In this document: positions 26,215 through 37,956 of the stretch, in pieces | How the letters are laid out: each line of letters opens with the position of its first letter | Position numbering within the stretch: position 1 is the first letter of the stretch | Assembly: GCA_031401505.1 (NCBI GenBank) | Contig: JANNRO010000063.1 | Span: forward strand, 1 to 46,630 | Reading direction: 5' to 3' | Length of the DNA stretch: 46,630 nucleotides | Source: Planctomycetia bacterium | GTDB lineage: Bacteria > Planctomycetota > PLA2 > JAEUHO01 | Program-made: the position numbers and the translations under genes | Notes under the pieces: generated by a model | Databases searched by the model: none | Told to the model about the DNA's origin: nothing | The model's input: the letters and a program-made list of their open reading frames with translations, nothing else

Positions 26215-27327
26215 ATGAGATTTTCCATCGCCACCGCTTCGCTGCTCGATGCCGTCGGACAGGCGGCCAGCGTCGCTGCGACCAAGAGTCCCAAACGCAT
26301 CCTCGAATGTGTCGCGCTTCGGGCGAAGAAGGGCGAAGGCGTATCGGTCGAGGCCAACGACCTCGACGTCTCCATCCGAATCGTGCTTCCCGATGCCCGT
26401 GTCGAAGGCGACGGGGTCGTCGTGGTGCCGGCGTCGCGGCTCGTGTCGGTGTAGCGCGAGGTCGCCCAGGGTGCCAGCGAATAGACGTTGGTCGCGGCCG
26501 ATCAGCGTCTCGACATCGACACCGCCGACTGCCACTTTCGAATCCACGGGGACAATCCCGACGAGTTTCCGGCGATCGCCTCCTTCCCCGCGGTGGGAGT
26601 CCAGTCGCTCCCGCTCGGCACGCTGCGTGGCATGATCGATCGCACGCTCTTCGCGACCGCGCGTGAGCCCGGGCGGTTCGCGCTCCACGGTGTCCAAGTC
26701 CGCTTCGGTGCCGCCGAGGTCGAATTCGTGGCGACCGACGGGCGACGGCTGGCGCGGGTCACGCAGCCGGCCGGCAACGGCCCGGCGGTCGACGTACGTG
26801 TCATCGTGGGCACGAAACCCCTCTCGCTCGTGTCCCGCATTTCGACGGTCGCCGACGCGAAGGTCGAACTCGCGATCGAAGAGCGGCGGATCTTCTTTCG
26901 TTGCGGCACGACACTCCTCTCGTCGCGTCTGATTGACGGGAGTTTCCCTCCCTACGAGCAGGTCATTCCCGCGACGACCGGCAAGGGCTTCGACGTCAAA
27001 GCCGGGGAATTCGCGACGGCTCTGCGCCGCGCCTCGTTGCTCGCGACCAAAGACATGCAGTCCGTCGCGATGGAGTTCGCGACCGAGAAGTTGACCATCA
27101 CCTCCCGTTCGCCCGACGTCGGCGAGGCCAAGGTCGAGATGACGATCGCCTACACGGACACCCCCGAGAAGCTGGGTTTCAATCCCGTGTTCATCCTCGA
27201 TGCGTTGAAGGTGCTCGATCCGATTCGCGCCGTGCGTTTCGAGTTCACCAATCCGAAGTCTCCGGGCAAACTCTCCGACGGACAGGGCTACGTCTACGTC
27301 GTGATGCCCGTGTCGACGGCTGATTGA
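26215..27327 (+). pseudogene. dnaN: DNA polymerase III beta subunit (sliding clamp), full length but interrupted by two in-frame TAG codons
   Basis: The 371-codon frame aligns end to end with DnaN. TAG codons lie at 26452-26454 and 26482-26484, both in frame. The ORF track therefore shows two pieces: 26128-26454 and 26488-27327. Confidence 0.85.
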
Positions 27328-27763
27328 CCCACGTGACGGCTTCCCGATTCGATTCTCGGGCCGAGTTTCGGGGCACCTCCCGTCCCGCGAGCCCCGTCCC
27401 GAAGGGTGGCAGGCCTGCGCAGGCGATCGGCGATCTCGTCAGCGGCGCGCTGCGGGGCCTGGGCGTTCCCAGTCGCGCCGTGTCGCGTCGATTGAACCAG
27501 GCGTGGGTCGACGTCGCCGATCCGGCGTGGGCCGGGCGCGCGAGGCCGCTGCGTCTCTTCGGTGGCACGTTGGTGGTCGCCGTGACGTCGGCACCGCTTC
27601 GTCTCGAGCTGACCCAGTTCCACGCCGAGCGCCTCTTGGCCGCGCTGCGCGCCCGCCTGCCCAAGGACCCGATCACATCGCTGCGTTTCTCACCGGATTC
27701 CGAATCCGCGTGCGGGACGGGCGGCGACCCCATCAAGCCCGCGAAGCCACCCGAAGGACGTTC

Positions 27764-27767
<4 letters not shown>
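27324..27767 (+). CDS. DUF721 (DciA-like) protein
   Basis: The block RRLNQAWVDVADPAWAGRARPLRLFGGTLVVAVTSAPLRLELTQFHAERLLAALRARL fits the DUF721 pattern. The position between dnaN and gyrB is typical. The start overlaps the dnaN stop and the stop overlaps the gyrB ATG. Confidence 0.7.
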
Positions 27768-30439
<2,672 letters not shown>

Positions 30440-30510
30440 GGTCGGCCCGCCCCTCGCGCCGCGTCGTCGGGCCTCCCGCGGGAGGGCATGACCTGACGAG
30501 GAACGAACGG

Positions 30511-31104
30511 GTGTCGGGGGTGGGAGTAAGGAATCCGGCGCGGACGGACGATAGGACAGGCGGAGGTTCGCGTCCCGTGGATCCTTTCGACCGGTTCACC
30601 CGCCATCCCCTGGAGGAGGTCCTCGTCGGCGAGGGCGTCATCACCCGCACCCGCGCCGAGGAACTGCTCGCGAGCGCTCGCGCGACGGGCGAGCCCCTGG
30701 CCCTCGTCCTGCTCGAGTCGGGCACGCTGACGCCGTGGGATCTCGCCAAGACGATCGCGACCCACTACCAGATGCCGGTTCATCCGTTGATCGGCTACCG
30801 TTTCGACGCGACCCTGCTCGAGGGCGTCGAGGCCGGGATTTTCCACCGCCACCAGGTGGTACCGCTCGGGAAGTTCGGCCGCACACGCACCTTCGCCGTG
30901 GTCCAGCCGCCCAACCGCGAGTTGATCGACGAGTTGACGGGGTCGTACGGCACGAGCCTCTTCTTCTTCGTCGCCGAGGGCACCGAGATCGCGCGCGTGC
31001 TGCGCGAGCAGGTGAAGGTCTTGGACGTCGAGAAGGATGCCGGCTGGTCGAAGCTGTTCGATCAGGGCGAAGCGTCGGTCACGAAGACGCTGACGAAGAA
31101 GTAG
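30511..31104 (+). CDS. stand-alone T2SSE_N / MshEN-like domain protein
   Basis: Two tandem blocks, LEEVLVGEGVITRTRAEELL and LALVLLESGTLTPWDLAKTIATHY, resemble the GspE/MshE N-terminal domain. An alternative start is GTG 30577, with GGAGG 10 nt upstream. Confidence 0.65.
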   Translation: MSGVGVRNPARTDDRTGGGSRPVDPFDRFTRHPLEEVLVGEGVITRTRAEELLASARATGEPLALVLLESGTLTPWDLAKTIATHYQMPVHPLIGYRFDATLLEGVEAGIFHRHQVVPLGKFGRTRTFAVVQPPNRELIDELTGSYGTSLFFFVAEGTEIARVLREQVKVLDVEKDAGWSKLFDQGEASVTKTLTKK

Positions 31105-31149
31105 GCGGATCGGCGCAACGGTCGTCCCGGCGCGGGCGTCATGCCGGCG

Positions 31150-31533
31150 CTACACCGGCGGTGGATCGTCGAACGCGTCCTCCCGCACCGATGGAGCGGG
31201 TGCCACGGTAACGCCCGGCATCGATCGGGCGACGGGGCCCTCGTCCGACGCCGGTGCCGCGGTCGAAGGCCCCTCGGGAACGTAGGGCACCGCGACCGGC
31301 GGGGTCGTCGGGGGGTTGGGCGGCGTCGGCTTGTACGGCGGGTTCGGCGTGCGTACGTCGAGCACCCTCGACGTCTGGCGAGTCAAATCGTCCATGCCCG
31401 TGCGGAACTTGCGGTATGCGAGGCCCATGGTGCGCATCACCTCGGGCAGGCGGCCGCCGAACAGCAGGAGCGCCACGAATCCGACGAGGACCATCTCGCC
31501 GAAGCCGATGTCGAACAGCGCGAGCAGTGTCAT
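31150..31533 (-). CDS. tatA: twin-arginine translocase TatA/TatE family protein
   Basis: The N-terminus FDIGFGEMVLVGFVALLLFGGRLPEVMRTMGLAYRKFR matches the TatA TM helix plus amphipathic helix. The tail is Pro-rich. The ATG overlaps the upstream stop (ATGA). Confidence 0.85.
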   Translation of the reverse strand: MTLLALFDIGFGEMVLVGFVALLLFGGRLPEVMRTMGLAYRKFRTGMDDLTRQTSRVLDVRTPNPPYKPTPPNPPTTPPVAVPYVPEGPSTAAPASDEGPVARSMPGVTVAPAPSVREDAFDDPPPV

Positions 31534-34500
31534 TTGGAGCTCTTCACGTCGGCACGCTTGACGCGGGCGCTGATCCGGCCGGTGGCGAGGTCGTACGTCA
31601 CATCGTAGCCCTCGAGCATGCTGCCCCGCTGCCTGACGCGCACCGTGCCGTTCACCGAGGTGATGCGCAGGACGCCCTCCGAACCGAGCGCCCCCTTTGG
31701 ACCGCCCGGGGGCAGTTCGTAGCGGATCGTGTCGCCGACGGCGGAGTCGGGGCCCGCTTCGATCGTCGTGCCGGGACCGGTTGCGACCAGGTTCTTGAGC
31801 CCCGAGTTCGGGGCTCCGAACGCGGTGGTCGTCGTGAGCGTCAGGTGAATCGTCGTGATCGTCATCGGGTCGCCGACGGGCCGGCCCTGGGCGTCGAGCA
31901 CCAAGCGCCGGACACGGACGGGTCGCGCGGCACTCCCCTCGACCGTCGCCGTGTCGCCTTCGACGGTCAACGGGCCGCCGTAGGACTCGAGAACCAGTTG
32001 ATTGAGGGTCTTGACGACGACGCCACCGGGCGCGGCGGACGCCTTCTCGTAGACGTGGAAGACGCCGCGAACGGGGGGTGCGAAGACCGTGCGCGTCATC
32101 TCTCCGTCCTTGAATGACACGTCGATGCGCGGCGAGAGGAGCCGGTCGATGGCCGGCTCGCGACCGATCGTCACGACCGCGCTCTTCTTGTCCGTCCCGA
32201 GCAGCACGCCCGTGTCGGCCCTCGCGTCGTAGTCGAACGAGATCCCCTCGAACTGACTCGGGCGGTCGTTCGAACCGTCGGTACCGGGCTTCGACGACGC
32301 GCCGTCCTTTACGGCGCGGACGTTGCCCTTCGCGTGCACGCGACGCAGCGCGCCGGCGGAGCCCGATTGCGACTCCGTGCCGATCACGAGCACCAACGTG
32401 TCGCTCTCGAGCACGAAGCGGCTCGCCGCGGCGGAGGTCTTGGGCGCGTCGGCCTTCTTCGTCGACGGCGTCGCCTTCGGCGCGCCCCGTTCCTCGGAGC
32501 GTCGACCCGAGAGCGCGAAACCGGTCTCGCCGGGGCCGGGAAGCGTCTCGATCAACGACAGTTCGATCGTCGTGGCCGTCAGCCGATCCGTGACGACGCC
32601 GTCGACGCGCGCCGACATGGCGCCTCCGTCGATCAACGTCACCGAGATGGCCTCGTCGACGTCCTTCGTGCGCCGGGTGCCCGAGATGTCGATGCGCGAA
32701 GGACTGCGCAACTCGACCACTTGTCGGCCCGGGCCCGAGGCCACGGGCGGCGGCGCCGAGTCATCGTCACCGAGGTAGACCACCGTGCGCGTGCGTCCCG
32801 TCGTTTCGAGCGTGCGCTCCTGCACACCGTTTCGCAGCCAGATCGTGGGCGCCTCGATCGTGCGGTCCCGGTTCTCGCGGCCCTCGAGCGTCAGGTGCGC
32901 GTTCTGCCCGGCCGTGGCGCGGATCTCGGCCCCCGTCGCGCGACCGTACTGCAGCGAGGCGCCCGTGAACGTGATGCCGCCTTCCCCGGCCCGAACCTGC
33001 AGCGAGCCGTTCACGTTCTCGCGCGCCGTCAATCGGTCGAGCAGCAGTTTCCTGCGCGGAGCCGTTTCGGCCGTCGGACTCGGGACCGCACGTTCGTTCG
33101 TTCGGGCGTCCTTCTTCGGCTCGGGCTCTTCGGTGATCTCGAGATGGGCGTCGGGGCCCACGGCCGTCACGTGATAGATCGGACGGTCGAGGTCGAACCC
33201 CTTCATCTCGCGCGCGGCGCCGGAGAGTCTGGGCCCGTCGAGAATCACGCCGCCGGTCGCCGAGAACGACGTCGGGATCCACTCGAACCGTGATTTCCTG
33301 CGTCCGCCGCCCGGAGCGGTCGTCAACGGACCGATCTCGGGCTCGCGCGCGAGCGGGCGCAGGTGAAGCGTGATGCGATCGGCCGCGAGGCGCTGCGGGG
33401 CCGCGTCGGTCGGCGCGCGGCCGCACTCGACTCGGGCGGCACCGACCAGATCGAGCAACGAGGCGTCGGGCGTTTCGGCGTCGGGGGCGAAGAGAATGCT
33501 CTCGGTGGCTCTCGCCGACACGATGCGGTCGGCCGGGTGCTCGCCCGGGAACTCCAGATCGCCCCGGTACGTGACGAGGCTTCGCCCTGCCAGCCGCATC
33601 GCTTGGATCCGTCTGGCACGGAAATCGACGACGAGCTTCGGGGTCTGGGCCGTCAACAACGCGCCCTTCTCGTCCTTGCCGTCGTAGCGGACCTCGCCGT
33701 CCGCCGTCATCTTCTCGAGCGCCGTCATTTTCTCGAGCAGGGGCGTGGGACCGTTGCCGTTGGTCGTGACCTTCATCTTCGCGTCGGTCGCGCGCTCTCC
33801 CAGACGCAGCGAGACGGAGTCGGCGTCGAGCTGCTGACCGCCCGCCATCTCGACGTGGACGCCGCCTTCGAAGCGCACGTCGGTCCACGGGACCTTCTCT
33901 TCCGTATGTCGAACGATCAACGTGCTGCCCTTGGCCCGGAGGCGGCGCGGGCTCATGTAGTTGGATTCGCCCGATGCGAGGCGCTTCGCCGCGTCGTCGG
34001 GTGCGTCGATCGCCTCGTACTCGGTGTTCTCGAGGATCTCGAGGCGCTGCGCCTTGCCGTCGATCCGGAACCCGAGGCCGCGCACCAGATACGTCTTCGA
34101 CTCGGCTTCGACCGGCGCGAGTCCCTCGGCCGACTCGGCCTCGTAGTCGACGATCGCGTCGGAGGTGCGCACCTCGAGGTTGTGCACGAAGTCGCGGATC
34201 ACGACGTTCTTGATGAGACGGATGACGTTGCGCTCGGTCGGGCCCACCTGACCCGCCTCGGGCCTCAGTGGCGTGCGGATCTCGAAACCTTCGTCGGCGG
34301 TGATGTCGTAGGCTTCGAGGCCCTTACGGCCCGTGGCCGGATTGGCGCGGAGCGCCTCGGCGTTCGCGCGCGTGTAGTACTTGCGGTCCTGGTAGAGCAC
34401 GATGCGGATCGCCTTCCAGCGCACGCCGGGCGAGCCCGCCGCGTCGCGCATCGGCGCCACCTCGGTCATCCTCAACCAATGTGTCGGCGCGTTGGGAATC

Positions 34501-34799
34501 TCGATCTGCGTGCCGTCCTTCGGGTCGGTGAACGTGACGGACTTCGAGAACGTCTGGTTGAACGACTTGAACGGGCTGATCTCGACGGCGGCGCCCGGCG
34601 AGCCGCCCTTCTTCCCCTGCCCCGGGAGGTCGTTGGTCGTCACGGGCGCGTGGGCACCGTCCGCGGGCGCGGCGTCGGGAATCCGCCGGATCTCCGGCGT
34701 GGGCTCCTCCGTCACCTTGCCCGCGAATCCGCCGCCGAAGACGCCCAGGGCCGTGATGCCTCCACCCGCGAGGACGAGGAAGAGGAGGATTCGCCTCAT
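31530..34799 (-). CDS. 1089-aa membrane-anchored, beta-rich exported protein (family unassigned; possible LptC/LptA-like or AsmA/TamB-like)
   Basis: N-terminal anchor MRRILLFLVLAGGGITALGVF. The protein has long alternating beta-like segments with recurring AD..(L/I/V)x(L/I/V) turns. The ATG overlaps the kdsC stop (ATGA) and the stop overlaps the tatA ATG. Confidence 0.75.
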   Translation of the reverse strand: MRRILLFLVLAGGGITALGVFGGGFAGKVTEEPTPEIRRIPDAAPADGAHAPVTTNDLPGQGKKGGSPGAAVEISPFKSFNQTFSKSVTFTDPKDGTQIEIPNAPTHWLRMTEVAPMRDAAGSPGVRWKAIRIVLYQDRKYYTRANAEALRANPATGRKGLEAYDITADEGFEIRTPLRPEAGQVGPTERNVIRLIKNVVIRDFVHNLEVRTSDAIVDYEAESAEGLAPVEAESKTYLVRGLGFRIDGKAQRLEILENTEYEAIDAPDDAAKRLASGESNYMSPRRLRAKGSTLIVRHTEEKVPWTDVRFEGGVHVEMAGGQQLDADSVSLRLGERATDAKMKVTTNGNGPTPLLEKMTALEKMTADGEVRYDGKDEKGALLTAQTPKLVVDFRARRIQAMRLAGRSLVTYRGDLEFPGEHPADRIVSARATESILFAPDAETPDASLLDLVGAARVECGRAPTDAAPQRLAADRITLHLRPLAREPEIGPLTTAPGGGRRKSRFEWIPTSFSATGGVILDGPRLSGAAREMKGFDLDRPIYHVTAVGPDAHLEITEEPEPKKDARTNERAVPSPTAETAPRRKLLLDRLTARENVNGSLQVRAGEGGITFTGASLQYGRATGAEIRATAGQNAHLTLEGRENRDRTIEAPTIWLRNGVQERTLETTGRTRTVVYLGDDDSAPPPVASGPGRQVVELRSPSRIDISGTRRTKDVDEAISVTLIDGGAMSARVDGVVTDRLTATTIELSLIETLPGPGETGFALSGRRSEERGAPKATPSTKKADAPKTSAAASRFVLESDTLVLVIGTESQSGSAGALRRVHAKGNVRAVKDGASSKPGTDGSNDRPSQFEGISFDYDARADTGVLLGTDKKSAVVTIGREPAIDRLLSPRIDVSFKDGEMTRTVFAPPVRGVFHVYEKASAAPGGVVVKTLNQLVLESYGGPLTVEGDTATVEGSAARPVRVRRLVLDAQGRPVGDPMTITTIHLTLTTTTAFGAPNSGLKNLVATGPGTTIEAGPDSAVGDTIRYELPPGGPKGALGSEGVLRITSVNGTVRVRQRGSMLEGYDVTYDLATGRISARVKRADVKSSK

Positions 34800-35377
34800 C
34801 GAGAGACCGGGCCCGACGCGCCGTACGACGCGAGCACCTGCTCCCAGCGGCCCTCGCGCTTCAAGAGCGCTTCGATCGCCTCGCGCACGGCGCCGCGTCC
34901 ACCCTCCTTCGAGCAGACGAACGTGACCGCACGCTTGACCTCGGAGGCTGCATCGGCGGGCGCCGCCGAGAACGCCGCCTCACGCATCGCGGGAAGGTCG
35001 GAGAGGTCGTCGCCGACGTACGCGACCGCGTCGGCGCCCAGATTCCTGTGATAGCGCAGCGAGCGCACGGCCATCGCCTTGTCCTTGACGCCTTGAACGA
35101 CTTCCTTGATGCCCAGCTCGGCGGCTCGGCGCGAGACGGCGACGCTCGAGCGCCCGGTCACGATCGCAGCTTCGATGCCCGCGACCTTCAAGAAGTGAAT
35201 CCCCGCGCCATCGCGGGCGTGGAACGACTTCGTCTCGCCGCCGTCGTCGCCGTAGGTGATGGTCCCGTCGGTCAATGTCCCGTCCACGTCCATGACGAAC
35301 AGGCGGACGCCCTTCGCGGTCGGGGCATTGGGGGCGACCGGGGAAGAGGGGGAGTCGTGAGCGTGCGTGTGAATCAA
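34796..35377 (-). CDS. kdsC: 3-deoxy-D-manno-octulosonate 8-phosphate phosphatase (HAD-IIIA)
   Basis: Matching blocks are LFVMDVDGTLTDG, FHARDGAGI, IVTGR and YVGDDLSDLP. The assumed start is TTG 35377. Confidence 0.8.
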   Translation of the reverse strand: MIHTHAHDSPSSPVAPNAPTAKGVRLFVMDVDGTLTDGTITYGDDGGETKSFHARDGAGIHFLKVAGIEAAIVTGRSSVAVSRRAAELGIKEVVQGVKDKAMAVRSLRYHRNLGADAVAYVGDDLSDLPAMREAAFSAAPADAASEVKRAVTFVCSKEGGRGAVREAIEALLKREGRWEQVLASYGASGPVSR

Positions 35378-35486
35378 GGGGGGTCCCGCAAGCCGATGTT
35401 CGATCGCGCCCTATCCTAGGTCGATCGCAGCGGACGCCCCGGGGAACACCGGCTCAACCGGGGGGCCGACGAGTAGGCTACGGAGC

Positions 35487-36152
35487 ATGTCCTGGGTCGA
35501 CGCCGCACTCTTGGTCGGGGCGTTCCTCGTGTCGCTCTCCGTTCACGAGTGCGCCCACGCCTGGACGGCGCTTCGGCTCGGTGACTCGACCGGTCACGCG
35601 CTCGGGCGCGTGTCGTTGAACCCCATCCGGCACATCGACCCGGTCGGAACCGTCCTGCTTCCCCTCGTGCTGGTGTTGGGCACCTACAGTGCGACGGGGC
35701 GGTACGGAACGCCGTTCGGCTATGCCAAACCGGTGCCTTACAACCCCTACGTGCTCAGGAACCCGGCGGTCGGGATGGCGCTCATCTCCGGCGCGGGGCC
35801 GCTGTCGAATGTCGCCCTGGCCGTCGGCTCGGCCGGGCTGCTCGGCATCCTTTCGCGGTCGGGAGGGTACGAGTCCACGCTCGGTCTGCGATTCTTCGAG
35901 GTCCTCGTGCTCGTCAACGTGCAACTCGCCATCTTCAATCTGATCCCGATCGCGCCGCTCGACGGCGCCGGCATCCTCGCGGGCCTGCTCCCGCGGGGGG
36001 CGGCGAACGTGATGCGCGGGGTCGAGCGGTACGGGTTCCTCCTCCTGATCGCATTGATGGCGACCGGGCTCCTCGGTCGGGTCGTCGGTCCCGTCCAGTC
36101 GGCGTTGCTCGACCCGCTTTCCATCCTGGCTGGGAGACCGCTCGGTGGCTGA
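35487..36152 (+). CDS. site-2 protease family (peptidase M50) membrane metalloprotease
   Basis: It has HECAHAW (HExxH), NLIPIAPLDG and multiple TM helices. Confidence 0.85.
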   Translation: MSWVDAALLVGAFLVSLSVHECAHAWTALRLGDSTGHALGRVSLNPIRHIDPVGTVLLPLVLVLGTYSATGRYGTPFGYAKPVPYNPYVLRNPAVGMALISGAGPLSNVALAVGSAGLLGILSRSGGYESTLGLRFFEVLVLVNVQLAIFNLIPIAPLDGAGILAGLLPRGAANVMRGVERYGFLLLIALMATGLLGRVVGPVQSALLDPLSILAGRPLGG

Positions 36153-37917
36153 CCTCGAAGCGAGCGGATTGCGCGTCGACCTCGACGCCTTCCAGGGCCC
36201 CCTCGACCTCCTCCTGCACCTCGTGCAGCAGGCCGAGGTCGAGATTCAGGAACTTCCGCTCGCGCGGATCGCCGACCAGTTCGTCAAGTACCTGGAGTCG
36301 GGGATCTCCTCGCTCGACGTCGACAAGGCCGGTGAATTCCTCGTCATGGCGAGCCATCTGCTCGTGATGAAGAGCCGCTCGCTCTTGCCGCGTGACGTGC
36401 CGGTCGAGGAAGACGAACTCGATCCGCGGCTCGACCTCGTGAAGCAACTTCTCGCCTACAAGCGCTTCAAGGATGCAGCCGGCGAGCTCGGCGGCTACGC
36501 ACGCGTGCAGGAGGGGCGGTTCTCCGTGCGGGCGTCGACCGCCGACGTCGAGACGCACGACGAACTGATCGAAGCCGACCTCTACGGGCTCGTGGCCGCG
36601 TTTCGAAAGCTCCTGCGCGAGACCGGCGACGAGGCGATCGTCGCGGTGTCGCGCGATCGACTCCCGATCACGCACTTCGTCGGGGTGATCTTCGAACGGC
36701 TGGTTTCGTCGGGGGGCTCGCTCGCGTTCGTCGATCTGGTGGGAGCCAGACCCGACCGCTCCTACATCATCGGCGCGTTCCTCGCGTTGCTCGAACTGAT
36801 CAAGTTGCGCAAGGTCCGCGTCGTCCAGGAGCAGGACGCCGACGGCATCCTCATCCAGGTGCGCGAGGAAGCGCTCCAGCCCGAGTCGGCCGTCGACCGC
36901 GATCTCGCTTCCGACCCGTTGACCGCGCCCAGGGAGGCACCCGGTGCCACGGGCCCTCGCATCGTGTTCATGGGCAGCCCGGAGTTCGCGGTGCCGGCGC
37001 TGCGCTCGCTGGCCGGCGCCGGCATGACGCCGGTGCTCGTCGTGACGCAGCCCGATCGCGAATCCGGCCGCGGGCGACGAACGAAGGCGACGGCCGTCGC
37101 CGACGCGGCGGCGGAGTTGAATCTTCCGGTCCTGAAGTCGGCCGACGTCAACAGCCGTGACGCGCGCGACGAGATCGGTGCCGCGACGCCCGACGTGATC
37201 GTGACGGCGGGCTTCGGCCAGAAGCTCGGAGGCGCGCTGCTCTCGCTGCCCGCGTTCGGGTGCATCAATCTGCACACGAGCCTCCTGCCCCGTTGGCGTG
37301 GGGCGAGCCCGGTCTCGGCCGCGATCCGCGAGGGCGAGCGCGAGACGGGCATCACGATCTTCCAGATGGACGCCGAACTCGACCGCGGGCCGATCCTTGC
37401 GCAGGCGGCGGCGCCCATCGGCCCCGACGACACGGTCGAAGACCTGACCACGCGTCTCGCCGAGGTTGCGGCCGACCTGCTCGTGCGTTCGTTGCCCAAG
37501 TTCGTGGCCGGGGAGTTGGTCCCTGTCGAGCAGGATCACGCCCGGGCGACGTACGTGCCCAAGCTCTCGAAGGACGACGGCGCGATCGCGTTCGACCGCC
37601 CCGTCGAGCGGGTCAAGGACCACATCCGGGCGATGTCGCCCTGGCCGCTCGCCTCCACGCGTTGGATGTCGCCGAGCGGACGCGAGCCCCTGCCGTTGAT
37701 CATCCATCGGGCGATCGTCATGGAAGGCGAACCGCTGCTGCCGCTCCCGGGATCGGGCCCGGGCTACGTGCTTCGCGCGACGAAGGACGGCATCGACGTC
37801 GCGTGTGCGGACGGCGTGCTCCGCGTCGTCAAGCTCCAGGCTCCGGGCGGCAAGCCGATGTCGGCGCGCGAGTTCTTGAACGGGCGTCCGATCACGACAG
37901 GGGACCGTTTCGGCTAG
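36145..37917 (+). CDS. scpA-fmt: single ORF encoding segregation/condensation protein ScpA (aa 1-~250) followed by methionyl-tRNA formyltransferase (aa ~270-590)
   Basis: ScpA blocks are FQGPLDLLLHLV, LPLARIADQF, EFLVMASHLL and AFLALLELIK. A ~30-aa linker follows. Fmt blocks are RIVFMGSPEFAVPAL, TQPDR.SGRG, NLHTSLLPRWRGASP and the C-terminal domain. There is no in-frame stop between the two. Confidence 0.85.
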   Translation: MADLEASGLRVDLDAFQGPLDLLLHLVQQAEVEIQELPLARIADQFVKYLESGISSLDVDKAGEFLVMASHLLVMKSRSLLPRDVPVEEDELDPRLDLVKQLLAYKRFKDAAGELGGYARVQEGRFSVRASTADVETHDELIEADLYGLVAAFRKLLRETGDEAIVAVSRDRLPITHFVGVIFERLVSSGGSLAFVDLVGARPDRSYIIGAFLALLELIKLRKVRVVQEQDADGILIQVREEALQPESAVDRDLASDPLTAPREAPGATGPRIVFMGSPEFAVPALRSLAGAGMTPVLVVTQPDRESGRGRRTKATAVADAAAELNLPVLKSADVNSRDARDEIGAATPDVIVTAGFGQKLGGALLSLPAFGCINLHTSLLPRWRGASPVSAAIREGERETGITIFQMDAELDRGPILAQAAAPIGPDDTVEDLTTRLAEVAADLLVRSLPKFVAGELVPVEQDHARATYVPKLSKDDGAIAFDRPVERVKDHIRAMSPWPLASTRWMSPSGREPLPLIIHRAIVMEGEPLLPLPGSGPGYVLRATKDGIDVACADGVLRVVKLQAPGGKPMSAREFLNGRPITTGDRFG

Positions 37918-37956
37918 TCTGGCGCGTCCCTCCGGCTCCCTCGGAGTTCCACACCT

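Noticed and set aside
26452-26484. Genome-wide reassignment of TAG to a sense codon as the explanation for the dnaN interruptions.
   Set aside because: By my count 17 of 39 called genes terminate with TAG exactly at natural C-termini (for example dnaA, parB, ACAD, pyrF, tatA). TAG is therefore a functioning stop codon. Only site-specific suppression, an error or pseudogenisation remain as explanations.
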